A stretch of 56,720 bases of DNA from an uncultured Rickettsiales bacterium (GTDB lineage: Bacteria > Pseudomonadota > Alphaproteobacteria > Rickettsiales > 21-14-0-20-44-7), in assembly GCA_964545245.1 (NCBI GenBank), contig CAZJFC010000004.1:1-56720 (forward strand), read 5' to 3'. Shown here in pieces: positions 50,208-56,688 of the stretch. Both the position numbers and the translations under genes were made by a program. Under the pieces are notes generated by a model. That model saw only the letters and a list, made by a program, of their open reading frames with translations. It did not search any database and was not told where the DNA came from. Each line of letters opens with the position of its first letter. Within the stretch, counting starts at the first letter, position 1.

Positions 50208-51546
50208 CTATTTCACAAGCTTCATCATACCGTGCGCCATTCCTCATATACGGAATGATATTACCAATAGCTTTCAATGAAAGACGGGTGAATTTATCAA
50301 AGCTTATCCCCAGTACTGCATCAATAATTTCCTGCTTTATTCCCGCTTCTGCCAGTTTGGATTTTATATCATCATCATTTTTCTGCAAAGTGAGTTGGGA
50401 AGTAATAATATCCAGCTTCCTATGCTGTTGCTCAAGGCTGTGCCACTCAATATCACCAAGCTTATCAGTAACAGCTTTTTTTAGGGTTTGATAACCTTTC
50501 AGTTCAATATATTTGCCCTTTTCTGGGTCTTTATCTTTTTTGTACGAATAAACCAGCCCCGGTGCCTTGAACTTTTCATCATTTCCAAGCGCAAGCCAAT
50601 TTCTTAACTGGGAGAATTTTATATCTTTCTTTTTGTGCGCTTCATTAAAAACAAGCTCCCTTTCTTCTTCATCCAACCCCCTTTCCTTACCGAACTTATC
50701 AACTATGCGCAGGTTATTTATTTTGGTTAATAATACAAAAACCTCGGATGAATAGGAATGTTTTGCCGCGCGTTTTTCGTTTTGCTCAAATTCGCAAAAA
50801 CCAACCATTTTATCCACAGAACGGATGGGAATCTGCCTGAAGGCATAGTGTTTGAATTCGTTTTTCAGGCTATCCGAAGCTTGTTGGTTGCCGAATTTAC
50901 GTTGTTCCTCAAAAATTATATCCACTTCCCTTTCCAGCATATCACGGGAAATGCTGTTTATATAACTACCAGCTTTGTTGCGCTTGTTATCTGAAAAACG
51001 GGGGTGCCTGAACAGCATTTCGCCTGCTGTCCGGTATACAACCCCATTATCGCCCATTTCCAGCAATGACTCGTTTGTCTCAATCCCACTTAGTAGCTTC
51101 CCTTCGGTTTTATTGGCGCGTAACTTTTCAGTTTCCGCTTTGCTATTGCTCCGGAACCCACGCCTTTTTGCTATATGCGTAAGAACCCTTGCAAATTCTT
51201 TACCGCTCAACTTGCGCTGCAACGCTTCATAACGCAATTCCCATGGTGACAGCACCTCATCACCGGTTATATACAAATTATCTAATTCCCCTTCTGTGAT
51301 AACACCATGTCCTACAAAAAGTTGGCGAATTTTACCAAGGCGTTGTGCCTTCCTTCTAATTAACCGCCTGACAAGCCTTTTGGTACGCCGTGGCGCGGCA
51401 AGCGATTCCCCTGTTTTTGGCTCTTCCGCTTTTGTGAAACATCTGACGCCAGAGCCTACAATTTGTGAATTTGCGTTATCAATGACCGACCAGCCTAAAG
51501 AGGCTATGCCAATATCCAGTCCAAGAATTTTCTGCGCTTTTGCCAT
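50203..51546 (-). pseudogene. cas9: Type II-C-like Cas9, N-terminal 447 codons only (RuvC-I, bridge helix, REC lobe); HNH, RuvC-II/III and PAM-interacting domains absent
   Basis: MAKAQKILGLDIGIASLGWSVID (RuvC-I), PKTGESLAAPRRTKRLVRRLIRRKAQRLGKIRQLF (Arg-rich bridge helix), ending ...SLKAIGNIIPYMRNGARYDEACEIA*. Neisseria-type Cas9 continues at that point (RYDEACAEIYG...). Confidence 0.85.
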
Positions 51547-51574
51547 AACCTTAACTTAAAATTGAGAATCATGG

Positions 51575-51602
51575 TTGACAAGAAAAAAATATAAAAGATA
51601 AT
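51575..51602 (+). promoter_or_regulatory. Sigma70-like promoter for the tracrRNA-like gene
   Basis: TTGACA (51575-51580), a 16-nt spacer, then GATAAT (51597-51602). The predicted start is about 51609. Confidence 0.55.
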
Positions 51603-51608
51603 AGGCTA

Positions 51609-51700
51609 GTTGTAGCTTAAAGCTGTGGGAGCCGTTGCTATAATAAGAGTTTATCTCGTAAGGTATGCCCCTCGCTGCAAAGTGTAGGGGTATCCTTTTT
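51609..51700 (+). ncRNA. tracrRNA-like RNA gene (36-nt anti-repeat, nexus-like segment and intrinsic terminator)
   Basis: GTTGTAGCTTAAAGCTGTGGGAGCCGTTGCTATAAT is followed by AAGAGTTTATCTCGTAAGGTATG. A CCCCTCGC-TGCAAA-GTG(T)AGGGG hairpin and TATCCTTTTT come next. CCGTTGCTATAATAAG closely matches the N. meningitidis tracrRNA anti-repeat/nexus junction CCGUUGCUACAAUAAGG. The gene is divergent from the cas9 stump. The 5' end is inferred from the promoter. Confidence 0.65.
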
Positions 51701-51722
51701 GAACTATGCTCCGTATCAATCC

Positions 51723-52466
51723 CTATAGTTCGCCCGCTAGTTTTTTGATGATAGCGGCTTCTGAAAGTTCTTTTATAGTTTTTTCCAGCAGTTCCGTCCC
51801 ATCAAATTCTACCGCGACGGATGCAAGGGCTTGGCTTAGCTCAAAATAAAAACCTTTATCACCCGTAAGCCTGTGCCAAAATTCTTGGCCAATATACACG
51901 GGATAATGATATTTATTTTCTATCGCAAGGAAATGCCCACTTAATTCATGGCGTTCCCCATACAATACCCCAACTATTAAGTCATCAATGTTGACTTTGA
52001 TGTTATTGGTACGTGCTAGGTTCTTTAGTTTTTTAAAATGGTTATCTATAACTTCAACACCACCAGAGTTAATATTGTTGGGACCTGCTTTTAGCTGGCA
52101 ATATTTTTTCCTGCCATCAATTTGGTCAATAAATTCTATATCCATACCAGCGCCAATGCTGCCCATGGCTTCATTGCCGATAGCACCTTTAAGGTACGGG
52201 ATAAATTTTTGTAAGTTTGTGCCTAGGGAAGTAGTGATAGATGTACCAAGTACACGCGGGTAAATAAGTGCCTTTGCAATGCCTTCCGGGTCGTTTTTTC
52301 CCGTCAAGAACCGGGCGAGGTAATTTACAAGGAATGGGTTGATGTTAAATTCATCTGGGTTAGAAAGCTTGGCCGTATTTTTAATATGGTTTACCGCAAT
52401 CGTTTCACGCAACCATGTCTTGGCTGCATCTAAAATAATTTTTTTATCAATTTTATTCTTCGTCAT
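51723..52466 (-). CDS. Putative type II restriction endonuclease (partner of the adjacent C5-methyltransferase)
   Basis: 247 aa, divergent from the MTase gene across 87 bp. The candidate PD-(D/E)XK-like core is GAGMDIEFIDQIDGRKKYCQLKAGPN. I cannot assign a family or specificity from memory. Confidence 0.6.
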   Translation of the reverse strand: MTKNKIDKKIILDAAKTWLRETIAVNHIKNTAKLSNPDEFNINPFLVNYLARFLTGKNDPEGIAKALIYPRVLGTSITTSLGTNLQKFIPYLKGAIGNEAMGSIGAGMDIEFIDQIDGRKKYCQLKAGPNNINSGGVEVIDNHFKKLKNLARTNNIKVNIDDLIVGVLYGERHELSGHFLAIENKYHYPVYIGQEFWHRLTGDKGFYFELSQALASVAVEFDGTELLEKTIKELSEAAIIKKLAGEL

Positions 52467-52553
52467 TGGATAAACCTAATTGCATTTCTATAGTAACCAT
52501 TGTAAAGTTTGATAATGTTTTTAGCCTTTAATCAAACAAAATTCAAGTAGGTT

Positions 52554-53861
52554 ATGGAAAAACTCTATACTGTTGCACAGGTCGCTGACCTCTTATCCGT
52601 ATCAAAGCAAACAGTAAGGAACTGGGATGTTACCGGCAAATTAAAAGCAGTCCGGCATCCAGTAAATGGTTATAGGCTCTATTCCGAAAAAGATGTTTTT
52701 GCATTAGACAAAGAAGGTGTGTTGACTGGCCGCGATTTGCCTGCGCAGGAAAAACCAAGCCATGATTACCGCGTTATAGAATTGTTTGCGGGCGCAGGTG
52801 GCCTTGCCCTCGGCTTAGAAAAAGCTGGCCTGTCATCATTAATGCTCAATGAAATTGACCGCCATGCTTGCAAAACGTTACGTTTCAACCGCCCACATTG
52901 GAATGTGGTTGAAGGTGATGTGCAGCAAATTGATTTTACCCCTTACCGGGGCAAAGCTGAAATTGTTGCAGGTGGTTTCCCTTGCCAATCATTTAGCTAT
53001 GCCGGGAAAAAATTAGGTTTGGAAGATGCGCGTGGTACAATGTTTTATGAATTTGCCCGTGCCGTCAAAGAAATCCAACCCCTAATTTGCATTGGTGAAA
53101 ATGTACGCGGCCTGCTCAAGCATGATAATGGCCGGACTATTGAAGGTATGGTATCTATCCTTGATGAGTTGGGTTACCGGGTATTACCGCCCCGTGTCCT
53201 CAAAGCAATTTTCCACCGTGTGCCGCAAAAAAGGGAACGCCTGCTGATTGTAGGCATCAGGAAAGATGCAGCTATAAATTATGAATTCCCACGGGCGCAC
53301 AAAGAACATTACACACTGGCTGATGCGCTTAAAGCTGGCAGGCTATTCCCGCAAGACGTTCCTGCGTCTGCTGGCATGGCTTATGCAAAACGCAAAGCAG
53401 AAATACTAAAACACGTTCCCCAAGGTGGTTACTGGCGTGATTTGCCACTAAACCTGCAAAAAGAATATATGCTAAAAAGCTTTTATTTAGGTGGCGGTAA
53501 AACAGGAATGGCTAGGCGTATGAGTTGGGATGAGGCTTGCCTGACATTGACTTGTAGCCCAGCACAAAAACAAACAGAGCGTTGCCACCCCGATGAAACC
53601 CGCCCATTTACAGTAAAGGAATATGCGCGTATCCAAACTTTCCCGGATGATTGGCAATTTGCTGGCCCTATAACTTCACAGTACAAACAGATTGGCAATG
53701 CTGTACCAGTCAATATGGCAGAGGAAATAGGCCATACCCTTGTAAAAGCCCTTAATGATTATTTTGCCAATAAACCCCTTACTGGCAGCAAAAGTGGTTA
53801 CAAGGTTGCGCCCCGCAAATATAAAGAACCACGCTTTGAGCGCATCAAAGCAAGCGCCTAG
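52554..53861 (+). CDS. DNA (cytosine-5)-methyltransferase with an N-terminal MerR/excisionase-type HTH domain
   Basis: HTH YTVAQVADLLSVSKQTVRNWDVTGKLKAVRHPVNGYRLYSEKDV, motif I ELFAGAGGLALG, motif IV GGFPCQSFS, motif VI ENVRGLL and motif X QIGNAVPV. Confidence 0.92.
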   Translation: MEKLYTVAQVADLLSVSKQTVRNWDVTGKLKAVRHPVNGYRLYSEKDVFALDKEGVLTGRDLPAQEKPSHDYRVIELFAGAGGLALGLEKAGLSSLMLNEIDRHACKTLRFNRPHWNVVEGDVQQIDFTPYRGKAEIVAGGFPCQSFSYAGKKLGLEDARGTMFYEFARAVKEIQPLICIGENVRGLLKHDNGRTIEGMVSILDELGYRVLPPRVLKAIFHRVPQKRERLLIVGIRKDAAINYEFPRAHKEHYTLADALKAGRLFPQDVPASAGMAYAKRKAEILKHVPQGGYWRDLPLNLQKEYMLKSFYLGGGKTGMARRMSWDEACLTLTCSPAQKQTERCHPDETRPFTVKEYARIQTFPDDWQFAGPITSQYKQIGNAVPVNMAEEIGHTLVKALNDYFANKPLTGSKSGYKVAPRKYKEPRFERIKASA

Positions 53862-53873
53862 TGGTAAGGATGC

Positions 53874-54353
53874 ATGGCAGACAATGCATTCAAAAAAGCT
53901 GGATATAAAACAACAAAAGAGCGTAGCCGCATTATGGCTACCATACGTTCGTCCAACACTAAGCCTGAATTCATTGTAAGGCGGTTGCTACACCAGCATG
54001 GTTACCGCTACCGGCTGCATTATAAGAAAGCACCGGGAAGCCCAGACCTTGCTTTAACTAAGCAGAAAATTGCTATTTTTGTGAATGGCTGTTTTTGGCA
54101 TTACCACGGCTGCCATATTTCCCATGTCCCCAAAAGCAATTCCGCTTTCTGGCAGGCAAAAATTAAACGTAACCTTGACCGCGATAAAAGAAGTATTGAT
54201 GCATTGTTTGCTATGGGCTGGCGTGTATTGATTATTTGGGAATGCTCTTTGATGACCAATTCAAAATTGGATGAGCAAGACCTGCTGTCTAAAATTCAGG
54301 GTTTTATAAATAGCTCCAAACAGGGTGATGTAATCGGCGGTTCCAAGCCATAA
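53874..54353 (+). CDS. vsr: Very-short-patch repair endonuclease
   Basis: RSRIMATIRSSNTKPEFIVRRLLHQHGYRYRLH...PGSPDLALTKQKIAIFVNGCFWHYHGC. It lies directly after the C5-MTase gene. Confidence 0.9.
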   Translation: MADNAFKKAGYKTTKERSRIMATIRSSNTKPEFIVRRLLHQHGYRYRLHYKKAPGSPDLALTKQKIAIFVNGCFWHYHGCHISHVPKSNSAFWQAKIKRNLDRDKRSIDALFAMGWRVLIIWECSLMTNSKLDEQDLLSKIQGFINSSKQGDVIGGSKP

Positions 54354-54354
54354 T

Positions 54355-54402
54355 ATACGGTATCGCATACCGTATGGCATACCCTATCCGATACCGTATC
54401 CG
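54355..54402. promoter_or_regulatory. Four copies of a 9-bp quasi-palindrome ATAC(C/G)GTAT at exact 12-bp spacing (candidate operator or iteron array)
   Basis: ATACGGTAT cgc ATACCGTAT ggc ATACCCTAT ccg ATACCGTAT ccg, with 9-mers at 54355-63, 54367-75, 54379-87 and 54391-99. The first two also form a 9-bp hairpin just after the vsr stop. Confidence 0.6.
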
Positions 54403-54514
54403 TCATTGCAAACTTGCCAATACATTGAAATAATTGATAAATTCCTTTTTATTCGGATATTTACCGCTATAATTAAACCCAGCAGAAAGCAGTAACGAAT
54501 GAAGGATGTAACGG

Positions 54515-54919
54515 ATGGCGCAAGGCGCATTCCATAGACTTAAACGCGAGATGTTCGCCCCAGTTGGATGGGTGGAATATTCGCCCACAACACGGCAGGT
54601 TTTGCTGAATGATAACCGCGTACTCGCCCGGCTGAATTTCAACGGCCAGAATGATTTAGTGTTCAGCTACATCTACGAAAACCCAAACCGCATTATCACG
54701 CTGGATGAAATTGAGGCCAACGCCACCCGCGAGCCGCTGAGGAAAAACCTGCACGAATTTATCCGTGCATTTGGTTTTTCTGGTTATCTGCGCCAATTTT
54801 TCTTCGATGTAACCAAACAAGCTATCCAGTTCCGCCCGGAAGTTTTTTATGCAGACATCCCGCCTAATTTCTACTGGATACTACAAGACCCCACACTGAA
54901 GTTTGATGAAGTCTTCTGA
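54515..54919 (+). CDS. Hypothetical protein (134 aa), first ORF of the putative mobile-element module
   Basis: Open frame downstream of promoter-like TTGCCA-N17-ATAAAT and a perfect TATAAT near 54466. I recognise no family. Confidence 0.4.
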   Translation: MAQGAFHRLKREMFAPVGWVEYSPTTRQVLLNDNRVLARLNFNGQNDLVFSYIYENPNRIITLDEIEANATREPLRKNLHEFIRAFGFSGYLRQFFFDVTKQAIQFRPEVFYADIPPNFYWILQDPTLKFDEVF

Positions 54920-54971
54920 AATCTTATGACGCTGCTGCGACAGCGCATCCATGCCCCGCTAAATTTATGGC

Positions 54972-55145
54972 ATGGACACAAAACTGAACAACACCCACGC
55001 CGCTATCCAAGAATTATACGATGAGCCGCTTTCTGCCTATGAACTGGCCGAAGCGAAGCGCGTACTGCTTGGCTATTTCAAGGTGCTTATCAAAATCCAC
55101 CAACGCAACGAGCAGAAAAAGAAAAATGAAAATCACCAGAGTTAA
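54972..55145 (+). CDS. Possible small ORF (57 aa, below the track cutoff)
   Basis: MDTKLNNTHAAIQELYDEPLSAYELAEAKRVLLGYFKVLIKIHQRNEQKKKNENHQS*. It fills the gap before the SpoVG-like gene and overlaps its start by 20 nt. No homology is known to me. Confidence 0.3.
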   Translation: MDTKLNNTHAAIQELYDEPLSAYELAEAKRVLLGYFKVLIKIHQRNEQKKKNENHQS

Positions 55146-55422
55146 AATTACGCGCATCCAGCCAACGGGCGGCATGGTCGCATTCGCCGATATTGTGCTG
55201 GAAGAACAGCTTTTACTAAGCAGCATTGCCATACACGAAAAGCGTGATGGAAGTGGCTACCGCCTGACTTATCCATCGAAGGTGAGCGGCAAATATGAGT
55301 TTCCTATCTTTCACCCGGTCAGCCGTGAGCTTGGCCTGCGTATTGAGAAGGCGATAACCCAAAAACTGAAGGATGTAACAGGCAATGAAAATGTTGGACA
55401 CGGTAGCAATAACGCTAAATAG
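55126..55422 (+). CDS. spoVG: SpoVG-family nucleic-acid-binding protein
   Basis: An internal ATG gives MKITRVKITRIQPTGGMVAFADIVLEEQLLLSSIAIHEKRDGSGYRLTYPSKVSGKYEFPIFHPVSRELGLRIEKAI. This aligns with B. subtilis SpoVG (MEVTDVRLRRVN..MRAIASITLD...V...G.F.AMPS......F.DI.HPI......KI..A). Confidence 0.7.
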   Translation: MKITRVKITRIQPTGGMVAFADIVLEEQLLLSSIAIHEKRDGSGYRLTYPSKVSGKYEFPIFHPVSRELGLRIEKAITQKLKDVTGNENVGHGSNNAK

Positions 55423-56419
55423 CAATGAATTCACCATTACCGACCCACGCAAGTTTTCGCCCTCTGCGGAAATTTTGACCAATAGCCGGAATGTGAAAGG
55501 CCGAATTGCCTGCACACAACACTTGAAAAAGGCAGGCCAATATTATCCGCGCCTCACACTTTCCCGCATACCAGCACGGCATGGAGTTATTATTTCCCTA
55601 CGTATCGAGGCATCACTGCCAAAGCTGGTGTATGGCAATAATTTTGATGAGCTGGGCGGCGCAGATTTAAGCAAGGTCGCGTGGCTGCTGTTCTGGGCAT
55701 TAAAAGATATGGGCGTAGAAACCAGCCAAGAGGCTTTATTGAAAGCTAGCGTTTCGGCAATCCATTATTCTAAAAATATCCTGCTTGGCAAATATGCTAC
55801 TTGCTCAATGGTCATTACCGAATTGCAGAAGGTGAATATCAGCAAGCGGCTCGACATCAACCGCACCGTCTTTATCAATGGCGGTATTGCCATTAAATAC
55901 CACGCGAATTCCTATGAGATTGCCGTTTACGATAAGTGGGCGGATTTGCAGCAATCCAAAATCAGCTCGAAACGGGGCATTGAGCGCGATTACGATACGC
56001 AGCACATCTTCCATCAGCGGGTGAAGCAATCGAAGCCCTGTGAAGTCCTGAGGCTGGAAATACGCTTTGTTAAACGTACCTCCTTGAGAGCCGCGCTTAA
56101 ACTTATCGGCTGGCAAAGCGATATGACGCTGGAAGAGTTATTCAACGAAACCCTGTCACAGAAAATATTGCTGCATTACTGGCGGCAGATAATGGCGGCT
56201 TGGGATGTGCTGGCAATTGCCGAGAACCAGCCGGAAGATATTTTCCGTACCATCATCAACGCCGCGCCGGAATTGAAACCGCTAAAAGCATTCCAGCTAA
56301 CAGGTGCGTTATTGGTTGCCCGTTCTGTCGGCATCCGGGGTTTGCGTGGATGCTTCGTGGCTCATCAGACCGTGCGTGGCAAAGTTTGCGTAAGCAGGTC
56401 GAATTTTGTGGACGGTTAA
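55385..56419 (+). CDS. Putative rolling-circle replication initiator (phage/plasmid Rep, gene II/X or Rep_trans-like)
   Basis: N-terminal MLDTVAITL..., IAVYDKWADL and VLRLEIRFVK resemble the conserved YDK / RxE(i/l)R blocks of phage CRI and Rep_trans initiators. Assigned from memory only. Confidence 0.5.
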   Translation: MKMLDTVAITLNSNEFTITDPRKFSPSAEILTNSRNVKGRIACTQHLKKAGQYYPRLTLSRIPARHGVIISLRIEASLPKLVYGNNFDELGGADLSKVAWLLFWALKDMGVETSQEALLKASVSAIHYSKNILLGKYATCSMVITELQKVNISKRLDINRTVFINGGIAIKYHANSYEIAVYDKWADLQQSKISSKRGIERDYDTQHIFHQRVKQSKPCEVLRLEIRFVKRTSLRAALKLIGWQSDMTLEELFNETLSQKILLHYWRQIMAAWDVLAIAENQPEDIFRTIINAAPELKPLKAFQLTGALLVARSVGIRGLRGCFVAHQTVRGKVCVSRSNFVDG

Positions 56420-56466
56420 GTCTAAAAAGCTAGTCTTGAACATAGCAAATTTGCAAAGAGGAAAAC

Positions 56467-56688
56467 ATGAAAACCAGCAATTATTTTACCTACAACGGGG
56501 CAGGCAGAATCTCTGTCAGCCGCAGCGTTCCGCGCAATACCCCGGCAGGATACCGGATGTTCAAAAAACTCGCGCCGGGCAAATGGATTTTTGAGCGGCA
56601 ATATAAACTCGACCAGCAAGCCTACCGGGAACGCTATTTCCGTGAAGTGCTTGCGCCACTTAACCCGGCGTTGTTGCATGGCGGATAG
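56467..56688 (+). CDS. Short ORF resembling the N-terminal half of DUF488 (N3-subclade-like) proteins; possibly truncated
   Basis: MKTSNYFTYNGAGRISVSRSVPRNTPAGYRMFKKLAPGKWIF...YRERYFREVLAPLNP follows the SNY...ISIS...P...Y..LAP......Y...Y...L..L pattern. At 73 aa it is about half the usual length. Confidence 0.35.
   Translation: MKTSNYFTYNGAGRISVSRSVPRNTPAGYRMFKKLAPGKWIFERQYKLDQQAYRERYFREVLAPLNPALLHGG

Noticed and set aside
50255-51559. Plus-strand ORFs (60-87 aa) inside the cas9 stump that might be anti-CRISPR-sized genes
   Set aside because: All are antisense to the Cas9-like frame and are low-complexity (S/F/L-rich), consistent with AT-rich antisense noise. There is no independent support.
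51609-51644. The 36-nt GTTGTAGC...GCTATAAT element taken as a solitary CRISPR repeat (a degenerate one-repeat array)
   Set aside because: This is possible in principle. However, the element is immediately followed by a nexus-like segment and a terminator, and it is preceded by a well-placed promoter. That is the architecture of a tracrRNA gene rather than of an array end. No second repeat copy or spacer is visible in the window.
54403-54642. A 79-aa minus-strand ORF between vsr and the Rep module
   Set aside because: It overlaps the promoter-like region and the 5' end of the co-oriented plus-strand gene set. It has no RBS or motif support.
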